Assembly (NCBI RefSeq): GCF_000021865.1
Contig: NC_014034.1
Span: forward strand, 1,110,001-1,142,000
DNA length: 32,000 bases
Direction of reading: 5' to 3'
Origin: Rhodobacter capsulatus SB 1003
Lineage (GTDB): Bacteria > Pseudomonadota > Alphaproteobacteria > Rhodobacterales > Rhodobacteraceae
Within the stretch, counting starts at the first letter, position 1. Every line of letters starts with the position of its first letter. The translations under genes and the position numbers were made by a program. The notes under the pieces were generated by a model. The model searched no databases and was not told where the DNA came from. It saw nothing but the letters and a program-made list of their open reading frames with translations. Positions 13,545 through 22,428 of the stretch are shown one piece after another.

Positions 13545-14402
13545 TTACGCCTCGGGCCGCCGCGCCGCCGCGGCCGCGAAGCGCCGGGCAAGGCCGCGCC
13601 GCATCGTCGCCGCGGCATGGTCCAGAAACAGCGCCGGTTCGATCAGCTCGATTTCGGAAATCACCGGCCCGCGCGGCGTGTTCAGCAGATCGACCCGGGC
13701 ATAAAGCGGGGCTGCCGTCAGCGCCGCCAGCGCCTGTGTCGCAAGGGTGATCCGCGCCGCGCCGGGATCGACCGCCTGCACGCTGGCGCCGAACTGGGTG
13801 TTGGCGCGAAAATCGCCCGCGGCGGGATTGCGCCGCACCGCATGGCTGAACCCGCCCGCGACGAAAACAAGCGAGGTCTCTCCGGCGGTGACCTGATCCA
13901 GAAACGGCTGCAGCACCACCGGAACCTCGGGCAGGGGGGGCATCGGCCCCGCGGCGGCGATCCGCGTGACGCCAAGGCCGCTTTGCCCGATCGCGGGCTT
14001 GAGCACCGCCTGCGCCCAGCCGCGCGCCGCGAGCTCGGCCCGGATCTGCGCCGCCTCGGGGCGGTCAAGCGCCAGCGTCGGCACCACCGCCACGCCGCGC
14101 TGCGCCAGATCGCACAGATAGGATTTGTGCAGGTTCCAAAGCATCAGCCCGGCCGGATTGCCAAAGCGCCCGCCCGCGGCGGCAACGGCCGCGATCCAGT
14201 CGGCAAAGGCCTGCGGCGTTTCCGCGTAATCCCAGGCGGCCAGCGGCAGGACCAGATCGGCACCGGCAAAGGGGGCGGCGCCCGCCTGCCAGGGGGCATG
14301 ATCGACGGCCAGCCCCTCGGCCGCGAGCAGATCGATCAGCGTGGCAAGACCCAGCGCGGGCGCGGGCCAGCGCGCGCAGGTGGCAAGGGCGATCCGGGTC
14401 AT
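13545..14402 (-). CDS. ATP-grasp family protein (RimK/glutathione-synthetase-like), 285 aa
   Basis: Start ATG 14402 (MTRIALATC) forms an ATGA overlap with the stop of the ABC ATPase gene. An N-terminal Rossmann-like pre-ATP-grasp segment is followed by WNLHKSYL...VLKPAIGQSG...VVLQPFL...GETSLVFVAG...ARVDLL...VISEIELIEP, the usual ATP-grasp order. Confidence 0.65.
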   Translation of the reverse strand: MTRIALATCARWPAPALGLATLIDLLAAEGLAVDHAPWQAGAAPFAGADLVLPLAAWDYAETPQAFADWIAAVAAAGGRFGNPAGLMLWNLHKSYLCDLAQRGVAVVPTLALDRPEAAQIRAELAARGWAQAVLKPAIGQSGLGVTRIAAAGPMPPLPEVPVVLQPFLDQVTAGETSLVFVAGGFSHAVRRNPAAGDFRANTQFGASVQAVDPGAARITLATQALAALTAAPLYARVDLLNTPRGPVISEIELIEPALFLDHAAATMRRGLARRFAAAAARRPEA

Positions 14403-15181
14403 GGCTGCGGCTCCGGCGGCAGCGGGCGGATCACCGGCGTGCCGCGGCTGTCGCAAAGGCGCTCGACCGCGACGCCGTAAAGCCGCCCGATCAGCGCGGG
14501 ATCCAGCACCTCGGCGGGCGGGCCGTCGGCATGGACCTGCCCCCCGGCGAGCAGCACCAGACGGTCGCAAAACTGCGCCGCAAGGCTCAGATCATGCAGC
14601 ACCATCAGCGTCACCAACCCCCTTGCCCGTGTTTCGGCTCTCACATGCGACAAAAGCACCATCTGGTGGTGCATGTCGAGCGCGCTGACCGGCTCGTCCA
14701 GCAAAAGCAGCCGGGGCTGGCGCAGCATCACCTGCGCAAAGAGCGCCAATTGCCGCTGCCCGCCCGACAGCGAGGCGATGTCGCGCTGTGCCAGATCGGC
14801 GATGCCGACGGCAGAAAGCGCCGTCAGCGCCTCGGAGATGTCGTCCTCGGACAGATGCATGTGCAGCGCATCAAGCTTGCCCAGCAGCACGACATCCAGA
14901 ACCGAGAGCCCCGCCTCAAGGCCGGTGTCCTGCGGCATGTAGCCGATCGGCTTGCGCCAGGCGCGCAGGCCCCGCGGCGCCAGCGCCACGCCATCCAGCC
15001 GGATCGTTCCGGTCTCGGGGCGGATCTCGCCGAAGATCGCGCCGATCAGCGTCGATTTGCCCGCCCCGTTCGGGCCAAGGATCGCCACCACCTCGCCCGG
15101 GGCGACGCGCAGCCCGATCCCCTGCGCCGTGCACAGCGCGCCCCGCCGCAGCGTCAGGTTTTCCAGCGCAAGCCCGGTCAT
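14399..15181 (-). CDS. Fe(3+)-siderophore ABC transporter ATP-binding protein (FecE/FepC type)
   Basis: Walker A GPNGAGKST, signature LSGGQRQ, Walker B LLLLDEP, H-loop VLHDL. ATGA overlap with the permease gene. Confidence 0.9.
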   Translation of the reverse strand: MTGLALENLTLRRGALCTAQGIGLRVAPGEVVAILGPNGAGKSTLIGAIFGEIRPETGTIRLDGVALAPRGLRAWRKPIGYMPQDTGLEAGLSVLDVVLLGKLDALHMHLSEDDISEALTALSAVGIADLAQRDIASLSGGQRQLALFAQVMLRQPRLLLLDEPVSALDMHHQMVLLSHVRAETRARGLVTLMVLHDLSLAAQFCDRLVLLAGGQVHADGPPAEVLDPALIGRLYGVAVERLCDSRGTPVIRPLPPEPQP

Positions 15182-16221
15182 TTCGCCCTCAACAGGATCC
15201 AGAAGAAGAACGGCACGCCGACGAAAGAGGTGACGATGCCGACCGGAAACAGCGCCCCGGGCAGGATCACCTTGGACAGGACCGAGGCCCCCGAGAGGAA
15301 GGCCGCCCCCGCGATCATCGCCGCGGGCAGGAAGAAGCGCTGATCCTCGCCCACCAGCATCCGCGCCACATGCGGCGCGACAAGGCCGACAAAGCCGATG
15401 ATGCCGACAAAGGAAATCGCCGTCGCGGTCATCACCGCCACCAGAACAAGGGTGCGAAAGCGCAGCGCCGCGACATCGACGCCAAGGCTTGCCGCCCGGG
15501 TCTCGCCCAGTTTCAGCGCGGTCAACCGCCAGCTGTCGCGAAACAGCAAGACGACGCAGACCGCCGTCACCACCGTCGTCACCGCAAGCGTGGTCCAGCT
15601 GGATTTCGTCAGGCTGCCGAACAGCCAGAACATGATCTGCTGGCTGATTTCCGGCGCGGACAGGAATTGCACCAGCGACAGGAAGGATTGAAACAGGAAC
15701 AAAAGCGCGATGCCCGCCAGCACCAGCATGCTGGACGACACCCGCCGCAAGGACGCCAGCCCGAACAGGATCGAGGCGGCGAGCATGGTGAACAGAAAGG
15801 CGCCGATCGGCACCGCCAGCGGCAAGGGCAGGCCGAAACTGCCGTAGGCGATCACCAGCGAGGCGCCCAGCCCCGCGCGCGACAGGCCAAGCGTGTAGGG
15901 GCTGGCCATCGGGTTGTTCAAAAGCGTCTGGATCTCGGCCCCGCCGACCCCCAGGGCCGCCCCGGCGACCAGCGCCATCAGGGCCATCGGCAGGCGCAGA
16001 TCCTGCACGATGATCCGCGTCATCGGCGCCACCTCCTCGGGGCGCAAGAGCGCGCGCAGCACCTCGGCCGGAGAGAGCAGCGCGGGGCCGGTGGCGATGT
16101 CGAGGATCAGGCCAAGAAGGCAGAGCCCCGCCATCACGGCAAGGATGCGCCAGCGCCGGAATTCGCTCCGGCGCTGGGCGGCGATGGCCTGCGACAGGCC
16201 CTTGGGCAGCGATGCCGTCAC
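15178..16221 (-). CDS. Fe(3+)-siderophore ABC transporter permease (FecCD family)
   Basis: 347-aa multi-pass protein. FVGIIGFVGLVAPHVARMLVGEDQRFFLP is the FecCD signature region. GTG start at 16221, 10 nt after the binding-protein stop. Confidence 0.9.
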   Translation of the reverse strand: MTASLPKGLSQAIAAQRRSEFRRWRILAVMAGLCLLGLILDIATGPALLSPAEVLRALLRPEEVAPMTRIIVQDLRLPMALMALVAGAALGVGGAEIQTLLNNPMASPYTLGLSRAGLGASLVIAYGSFGLPLPLAVPIGAFLFTMLAASILFGLASLRRVSSSMLVLAGIALLFLFQSFLSLVQFLSAPEISQQIMFWLFGSLTKSSWTTLAVTTVVTAVCVVLLFRDSWRLTALKLGETRAASLGVDVAALRFRTLVLVAVMTATAISFVGIIGFVGLVAPHVARMLVGEDQRFFLPAAMIAGAAFLSGASVLSKVILPGALFPVGIVTSFVGVPFFFWILLRAK

Positions 16222-16231
16222 GGTGCCGGGG

Positions 16232-17350
16232 TCACTTGGCCAGGGTCAGGGCAAAGGTACCCTCGGGCGCGACCGGCAGATAGGTCTTCCAGAAGTCGCG
16301 ATAGGCCGCCTCGGGGTCGAGATCGGCAAAGACCTGCGGGTAAAGCACCTTGGCGAAGACCTGGATCATCGCGTAATCGGCGATCGTGCGCGAGGCGCCC
16401 TGATAGACCGCATGCACGCGCCCGTCGCGCACCGCGGGCAGCTCGGCCCAGCCCTTGCGCGCGGTATAGCCCGCGAGCCGTTTCTGCGCCTCGGCCGGGT
16501 CGATGCCGACGCCCATCACCAGCGCCGACGGGTTCTGCGTCAGCTCGGTTTCGCGACCGGCCAGAACCACCACCTCGGGCTGCGCCGTCAGGATCTGTTC
16601 CTCGCTCAGCGGCCCCCAGTTGTCGATCACCGGCGCGGCGATGTTGTCGCCCCCCGCCAGCGTCGCCAGCGCCCCCCACATGCTCTTGCCAAAGCTGTTG
16701 CCGATCTCCTCGGGGCCCTTGTTGGCGAATTCGACATAGACGCGCGGCTTCGGCAGCCCGGCCTTGGCCAGCCGCTCCGAGACCATGTCCACCGTGCCCT
16801 GATAGAGCGCCGAAAGCTCGGCCGCGCGGTCGGTGCGGCCGGTGATCTGGCCCAGCAGCTCGGTCGATTTCGCATGCCGCGCCGGGTCTTCGGCGTTGTA
16901 ATCGACGACGACGATATCGACGCCCGCTTCGTTCAGCCGGTCCTCGTCCGAGCCGAGCGCCTGATATTGCCAATCCGCCAGCACCACCACATCGGGGTTC
17001 AGCGACAGCGTCTTTTCGACCGAAAAGGTGCCGACCTCGAATTCGCCGACATCGGCGATGGTCTCGATCTGCGGCATCGCGGTCTTGAACAGCGTCCAGT
17101 TCGTCGGGGTCCAGCCCTCCCAGGCCTCGCGCGAGAGGCCGACGACCTTGTCGAAGCTTTCGGTGCCGCCGACGGCGATGTAATCGGTGAAATAAAGCCC
17201 CAGCACCACGCGTTCGGCGGGCAGGTTGACCTCGACCTTGCGGCCCAGAACATCGGTGAGGGTGGTTTCGGCGGCCTGCGCCGAGAGGGTGGCAAGGCCG
17301 GAAACGGCAAGACCGAGCGCGATGCGGCGCGCCAGAACATGGAATGACAT
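16232..17350 (-). CDS. Periplasmic iron-siderophore binding protein (ABC substrate-binding, Peripla_BP_2 type)
   Basis: Signal peptide MSFHVLARRIALGLAVSGLATLSAQA. Class III binding-protein layout. First gene of the ABC operon. Confidence 0.85.
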   Translation of the reverse strand: MSFHVLARRIALGLAVSGLATLSAQAAETTLTDVLGRKVEVNLPAERVVLGLYFTDYIAVGGTESFDKVVGLSREAWEGWTPTNWTLFKTAMPQIETIADVGEFEVGTFSVEKTLSLNPDVVVLADWQYQALGSDEDRLNEAGVDIVVVDYNAEDPARHAKSTELLGQITGRTDRAAELSALYQGTVDMVSERLAKAGLPKPRVYVEFANKGPEEIGNSFGKSMWGALATLAGGDNIAAPVIDNWGPLSEEQILTAQPEVVVLAGRETELTQNPSALVMGVGIDPAEAQKRLAGYTARKGWAELPAVRDGRVHAVYQGASRTIADYAMIQVFAKVLYPQVFADLDPEAAYRDFWKTYLPVAPEGTFALTLAK

Positions 17351-17473
17351 CTTTTCCCCGGATCTGATGAACGGAACTGGCTGCCCCTCGGGGTGGCTGG
17401 CGTGCTTCTCGCTTGCACGATAAAAAGAGTCAACAATTTTCGCCCTGTGGCAGAGGACGGGGGCGGGGCGCTC

Positions 17474-18346
17474 TCAGCCCTCGGCCGGGGGCCTGCGCCG
17501 GGCCTCGGTCGGGGTGATGCCGGAGCGGTTGCGCAGCGCGGTGGCGAAATTCGCCGCGCTGCCATAGCCCGCCAGATGCGCCGCCCGGGTGACGCTGGCG
17601 CCGCCGCGCAGCGACCGCAATGCCATCTCCATCCGCTCGGCCCGGATCAGCGCGCCCAGAGAGCGGCCCTCGGTTTCGTGCACCAGACGTTCCAGACTGC
17701 GCAACCCGATCCCGCAACGCCGCGCCAGATCCGGGGCGGCAAGCTTTTCGCCCGCCGTCGCGGCGATCTCGCGGCGCAGCCGCGCCAGGATCGCCGGCCC
17801 GTCCGTCCGCCCGTCCGCAAGACCGCCGCCGGGATCCTCCGGCAGCGGCCGCGCCAGCGTCTCGGGCTGCTGCCCCGCCAGACCCGCGATCACCTGATCG
17901 AGCAGCGTCATCCCCAGCGCCATCCGCCGCAGCGGCGTCTTTTCGCGCAGGATCCTGCGCGCGGTTTCAAGCGGCGCAGGGCCGGGCAGGAACCGCAGCA
18001 CCGCCAGATCCTGCCGCAGATCGGTCAGCGCCCCGGCGGGCGGCGTCGCCAGCCCGTCCAGCCAGTCGGGCGGCATCGCCAGCGACAGCTTGGTCAGCGG
18101 CTGGCCGACATTGTGTTCGAACACCACCTCGGTCGGCTTGCCGATGCGAAACAGCGCGCCATCGGGCAGGGTGCGGGCGTCCATCTCGATCCGCCGCCCG
18201 CCCAGCACGAAGCGCTGATGCCCGCCCAGCAGCAGGAACACCATCAGTTTCGGCTCGACCCGGCCGGGGGTGGGATCGATCACGCCAAGGCGCGGCTCGT
18301 TGAGGACGCCCAGTCGGAAGTCGCCGGGGAAGTGCTGGATGCTCAT
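17474..18346 (-). CDS. AraC-family transcriptional regulator (siderophore-responsive type)
   Basis: Only the C-terminal 290 codons of track ORF 17474..20521 are credible, starting at ATG 18346 (MSIQHFPGDF). The C-terminal double-HTH region is LAAPDLARRCGIGLRSLERLVHE...VTRAAHLAGYGSAANFATALRNRSGITPTEAR. Divergent from the TonB-dependent receptor. Confidence 0.85.
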   Translation of the reverse strand: MSIQHFPGDFRLGVLNEPRLGVIDPTPGRVEPKLMVFLLLGGHQRFVLGGRRIEMDARTLPDGALFRIGKPTEVVFEHNVGQPLTKLSLAMPPDWLDGLATPPAGALTDLRQDLAVLRFLPGPAPLETARRILREKTPLRRMALGMTLLDQVIAGLAGQQPETLARPLPEDPGGGLADGRTDGPAILARLRREIAATAGEKLAAPDLARRCGIGLRSLERLVHETEGRSLGALIRAERMEMALRSLRGGASVTRAAHLAGYGSAANFATALRNRSGITPTEARRRPPAEG

Positions 18347-18410
18347 CGGAGGGTCCGGGGGATTTGTCGGAATTTCAAAGCGGATTGACGGGTTGCCAGA
18401 GGCGCCGGGG

Positions 18411-18438
18411 ATCGACCCGGCCGAAGCGAGCCTATAAT
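18411..18438 (+). promoter_or_regulatory. Candidate sigma70-type promoter for the receptor-esterase operon
   Basis: Perfect TATAAT at 18433-18438, preceded by ATCGAC/TCGACC at 15-16-nt spacing. AGGAGG at 18468-18473 lies 5 nt before ATG 18479. Confidence 0.25.
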
Positions 18439-18478
18439 ACCTGACAAAATTACACAAGATAAGCCTCAGGAGGCCCAG

Positions 18479-20605
18479 ATGTCCCGACCCGCCCCCGTGC
18501 CCCGGTTTTCGCCGCTTCTGGCGGTGCTGATCTGTTCGACGGTGATTTCGGCCGCGCCGCTTTGCGCCGAGGAGGCGACCGAACTGCAGCAGATCGATGT
18601 GGCGGGCGCCGCCGTCGATCAGGCGGTGAACGGCTATGTCGCGCAGGGCTCGCAGTCGGGCACCAAGACGGCGGCGCCGCTGACAAAGACGGCGCAGGCG
18701 ATTTCGGTCGTGCCGGCGCGCCAGATCGCCGATCAGGGGGCGACCTCGGTCGCGCAGGCTTTGCGCTACACGCCGGGGATCTTCACCGAATATCGCGGGT
18801 CGTCGAACCTGCATGACGAGACCTTCGTGCGCGGCTTTTATTACGTGCCGCGGTTTCTGGACGGGCTGGCCTTCGGCACCAACAGCTTCGGGCAGATCGA
18901 CCCGGCGCTGCTGGAGCGGATCGAGCTGGTCAAGGGTCCGTCCTCGGTGCTTTACGGGCAGGCGAACCCGGGCGGGCTGATCGCGATGACGACGAAAAAG
19001 GCCGATGGCGCGCATCACGGCGAGATGGTGGCAAGCTTCGGCAGCGGCGACCGGGCGGGGCTGTCGGTCGATATCGGCGACCGGCTGTCGGACACGCTGT
19101 CCTGGCGGCTGGCGGGCACGGGCTGGCGCGTCGACACGCAGGAAAACGGGCTGGAGCAGGAACGCTATTCCTTTGCGCCCTCGCTGACCTGGGCGCCGAC
19201 CGACGACACCCGGCTGACGGTTCTGGCGCTGGTGCAAAACGAGCCGAAGGCCGGGTTCCGCAACTTCCGCGAGGCGGCGGGCTCGCTGACGCCGACGGCG
19301 ACGGGCGCGCTGGTGCCGTGGGATTTCCTGGTCTCGGACCCGGCCTGGGACCGCTCGACCCGCAACACCAAGGCGCTTGGCGTCGAATTCGAGCATGATC
19401 TGTCGGCCAGCACGACGCTGCGCGCCAGGGCCCGGCTGAGCCAAATCGACAGCGATTACCGCACCCTGACCTGGGGGGCGCTGGCGGCGGACGGGGTGAC
19501 GATCTCGCGCACGGCTTCGGGCGGGACCGACGATCTGCGCCAGGGCCTGCTTGATCTGTCGCTGGAACATCGCTTCCGCACCGGCGCGGTCGAACACACG
19601 CTGCTGGCCGGGATCGATCATCAGGACAGCCACCGCGATTATCACTGGGGCTATGATTTCTCCACCGCCGCGATCGACTGGACGCACCCGGTCTACGGGC
19701 GGGACGATTTCGTGCTGAACGACCGCGTCAGCGACACCGACACCGATGCGCGCCAGACCGGGCTTTATCTGCAAGATCAGGCGACGGTCGGCAACTGGAC
19801 CCTCTCGGCCGGGCTGCGCTTTGACGATTTCAAAAGCGAGATCAAGGACAACCAGACCGGCACGCGCAGCGTCTTCGACGATACCGCCACCACCGGCCGC
19901 ATCGCCGCGCTTTACAGTTTCGCCAACGGCATCGCCCCCTATATCAGCTATGCGACCAGCTTCGAGCCGGTGACGCAATCCTCGGGCACGGCGACGCCCT
20001 TTGATCCGACCGAGGCCGAGCAGCTGGAAATCGGCGCGAAATGGGCCTCGGCCGACGGGCGGCTGTTTGCCCAGGCCGCGGTCTATGATCTGCGCCAGAC
20101 CGGGGTTCTGGTCTACAACAACACCCTGTCGGTCTATGAGCAGATCGGCCGGATCGACAGCCGCGGGCTGGAGCTGGAGGGCCGGGCCGAGCTGGGGCAG
20201 GGCTGGAGCGTGATCGCCTCGGCGGGCTGGATCGATGCCGAGGTGAAGGAAACGACGAATGCGGCCGAGCTGGGCAAGACGCCCTCGCGGGTGCCCGATG
20301 TGACCGCCTCGATCTGGGGCAAATACACCGCCGGGGCGGGCTATGACGTCGCACTGGGGCTGCGCCACATCGGCACCTCGCAGGGGAACGGGACGAATAC
20401 CTTCGAGGTGCCCTCGGTGACGCTGGTCGATCTGGCGCTGGGCTATGATCTGGGCCGTCTGACGCCCGCGGCCGAGGGGGTGCGGGCGCAGCTGAACGTG
20501 CAGAACCTGGCCGACAAGCAATATGTCGCCTCCTGCGCCAGCGCCTATGCCTGTTTCGTCGGCTCCGAGCGCACGGTGACCGTGAGCGTGAGCACCAAAT
20601 TCTGA
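18479..20605 (+). CDS. TonB-dependent siderophore receptor
   Basis: 708 aa. Signal peptide, plug region (AISVVPARQIADQGATSVAQALRYTPGI, ERIELVKGPSSVLYGQANPGGLI), long beta-barrel and terminal aromatic residue (STKF). Confidence 0.9.
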   Translation: MSRPAPVPRFSPLLAVLICSTVISAAPLCAEEATELQQIDVAGAAVDQAVNGYVAQGSQSGTKTAAPLTKTAQAISVVPARQIADQGATSVAQALRYTPGIFTEYRGSSNLHDETFVRGFYYVPRFLDGLAFGTNSFGQIDPALLERIELVKGPSSVLYGQANPGGLIAMTTKKADGAHHGEMVASFGSGDRAGLSVDIGDRLSDTLSWRLAGTGWRVDTQENGLEQERYSFAPSLTWAPTDDTRLTVLALVQNEPKAGFRNFREAAGSLTPTATGALVPWDFLVSDPAWDRSTRNTKALGVEFEHDLSASTTLRARARLSQIDSDYRTLTWGALAADGVTISRTASGGTDDLRQGLLDLSLEHRFRTGAVEHTLLAGIDHQDSHRDYHWGYDFSTAAIDWTHPVYGRDDFVLNDRVSDTDTDARQTGLYLQDQATVGNWTLSAGLRFDDFKSEIKDNQTGTRSVFDDTATTGRIAALYSFANGIAPYISYATSFEPVTQSSGTATPFDPTEAEQLEIGAKWASADGRLFAQAAVYDLRQTGVLVYNNTLSVYEQIGRIDSRGLELEGRAELGQGWSVIASAGWIDAEVKETTNAAELGKTPSRVPDVTASIWGKYTAGAGYDVALGLRHIGTSQGNGTNTFEVPSVTLVDLALGYDLGRLTPAAEGVRAQLNVQNLADKQYVASCASAYACFVGSERTVTVSVSTKF

Positions 20606-22170
20606 TGCGTCCCGCGCTTTCCCTCGGCGGGATCGTGCTGGCGGCGGGGCTTGCCCTGCCGTCAGCGTCCTTTTGCGACGGGCTCGGGCCGGACGGGACG
20701 CTTTCGGCGACGCTGTCCGGCGGCGCGCGGCTGATCCCGCTTGCGGTGCCGGAGCGCAGCTATGTCAGCGGGCAGTTCCAGCCCGGCGGCGTCGAACAGG
20801 CGCTGGATCTGATCGGTCCGGACGGGCGGCGGCGCGATCTGGCGCGGGGCAGCGACGGCGTGCAGGAGTTTCATCTTGTCATGCCGCCCGCGGGGGCGCT
20901 GCGGGTCACCGGCGCCGCGGGCAGCGCCTTTTCGCTGCGCCTGACCCGGGTCGTGCCGCCCGGGGCGCAGGTCGCGCCGCCCTCGGTCCCGCGCAGCCCG
21001 CGGATCGCCGCGCTGGCCGAGACGCTGGCGCGCGGGGGCGACAGCCGGGCGTTCTGGGCCGAGGTGGCGCAGCAGGGCACGCCGCTGGTGGAGCCCGACG
21101 GCGACGGGCTGATCGTGACCTTTCTTTATCGCGGCGCGGCGCAGAACGTGCGGCTGGTGGGCGGGCCGTCGAACGATCACGACTGGCTCGAGCGTCTGGG
21201 AACCTCTGACGTCTGGCTGCGCAGCTATCGCGTCGGCCCGGATATCCGGCTGTCCTACCGGCTTGCGCCCGATGTGCCCGCGCTGCCGGGCCCGCCGCGG
21301 GCGCAGCGGATGGCGCTGCTGGCGACGGTCGGCCCCGATCCGCTGAACCCGCGCCGCTGGCCCGAAGACCGCGCCACCGCCTCGGTCTACGAGGGCCCCG
21401 CCGCGCCGGAGCAACCGGGCTTTCCGGCCCCGGCCCTGCCGGTGGAGGAGCTGCGCTTCGCCTCGGCGATCCTGCACAACAGCCGCCGGGTGCAGATCTG
21501 GCGCAGCCCCGGCTTTGCGCCCGCCGATCCGCAGGCGCTTTTGCTGGTCGTCTTCGACGGGCCGACGGCGGTGCGCGACTGGCGCCTGCCCGGGGCGCTG
21601 CAGGCGCTGGTCGCGGCGGGCCGCCTGCCGCCCCTGGCCGCCGTCTTCATCGACCCGATCGACAGCGAGACCCGCAGCGCCGAGCTGCCCGGCAATCCCG
21701 ATTTCAGCCGTGCGATGGCCGAGGAGCTGCTGCCCTTTGCCGCCCGCCATCTGGGCCTGACGCCCGCGCCTGCGCGCACGGTTCTGGCCGGGGCAAGTTT
21801 CGGCGGGATCGCGGCGGCCCGGATCGCGCTGGATCACCCCGACCGGTTCGGCGCGGCGATTGCGCTGTCGGGCTCGTTCTGGTGGGCGCCCGAGGGGCGG
21901 GGGCCGCAGCCGCTGGTCTGGATGGCGGAACGCGCGCTGGCCGCGGCGCAGCTGCCGCGGCTGGTGCTGAGCGCGGGCAGCTATGAAACCGCAAGGCCGG
22001 ACGAGGAGGGCCCGCCCCCCGATGACATCCGCGAGGCCAGCCGCCAGCTTTACGCCGTGCTGCGCGCCCGGGGCGCGGAGGCCGCCTTCCTGCCCCATGC
22101 CGGCGGGCATGACGGTTTCGTCTGGCGCGGCGAGCTGACCGAGGCGCTGCTCCGCCTTTACGGCCGCTGA
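20605..22170 (+). CDS. Exported enterochelin-esterase-like (Fes/IroE family) siderophore esterase
   Basis: TGATG overlap with the receptor gene. Signal peptide MRPALSLGGIVLAAGLALPSASF. An N-terminal beta-sandwich-like half is followed by an alpha/beta hydrolase half with LLVVFDG and the nucleophile elbow GASFGG. Confidence 0.8.
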   Translation: MRPALSLGGIVLAAGLALPSASFCDGLGPDGTLSATLSGGARLIPLAVPERSYVSGQFQPGGVEQALDLIGPDGRRRDLARGSDGVQEFHLVMPPAGALRVTGAAGSAFSLRLTRVVPPGAQVAPPSVPRSPRIAALAETLARGGDSRAFWAEVAQQGTPLVEPDGDGLIVTFLYRGAAQNVRLVGGPSNDHDWLERLGTSDVWLRSYRVGPDIRLSYRLAPDVPALPGPPRAQRMALLATVGPDPLNPRRWPEDRATASVYEGPAAPEQPGFPAPALPVEELRFASAILHNSRRVQIWRSPGFAPADPQALLLVVFDGPTAVRDWRLPGALQALVAAGRLPPLAAVFIDPIDSETRSAELPGNPDFSRAMAEELLPFAARHLGLTPAPARTVLAGASFGGIAAARIALDHPDRFGAAIALSGSFWWAPEGRGPQPLVWMAERALAAAQLPRLVLSAGSYETARPDEEGPPPDDIREASRQLYAVLRARGAEAAFLPHAGGHDGFVWRGELTEALLRLYGR

Positions 22171-22428
22171 GCCCGGCCCGGCCGGGCAATGCACGCCAAA
22201 GGCGATGTCCGGGGGCTGCCGCCTCCGGCGCGGGGCCGTTCCATCGCGGCGCTTTGCGCCCGTTTTGCGGCTGCGGCGGGCGGCCGGGAGCCAAGGCACA
22301 TTGGGGTTCGGGTCGTCTTCGGTCCGTTTCGAGCTGTTTTTATTCACTCGTTCTTAAGTTGTGGGGGTTAAGCATGTTTTCGCACAGAAGATCGCGTGCA
22401 GAGCCAACGACCGGACCGGGAGGCCGAC

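Noticed and set aside
14788-16845. 685-aa plus-strand ORF
   Set aside because: Shadow opposite the ABC ATPase, permease and binding-protein genes, all of which have diagnostic motifs.
17351-17473. Fur, RirA or Irr-type iron box upstream of the siderophore ABC operon
   Set aside because: I could not find a convincing palindrome or a match to a consensus I can recall with confidence. Only a TTGACT hexamer is visible.
18347-20521. N-terminal ~725 codons of the 1015-aa minus-strand ORF 17474..20521
   Set aside because: Only the last 290 codons (AraC regulator from ATG 18346) are credible. The rest is antisense to the TonB-dependent receptor and crosses the divergent promoter region.
22174-22190. 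GC hairpin GCCCGGC-CCG-GCCGGGC after the esterase stop, considered as an intrinsic terminator
   Set aside because: The 7-bp stem is present but no U-tract follows (AATGCACGCC). I left it uncalled.
20662-22347. 561-aa minus-strand ORF
   Set aside because: Arg/Gly-rich shadow opposite the Fes-like esterase gene.
22353-22372. Inverted repeat CTTAA-N10-TTAAG upstream of gvpN, considered as an operator
   Set aside because: Only 5-bp arms in an AT-richer spacer, which is easily explained by chance.
22396-22428. Upstream GTG 22396 as the gvpN start
   Set aside because: Possible, but GTG 22429 is preceded by GGGAGG at 5 nt whereas 22396 has no RBS. The difference is 11 codons and remains uncertain.
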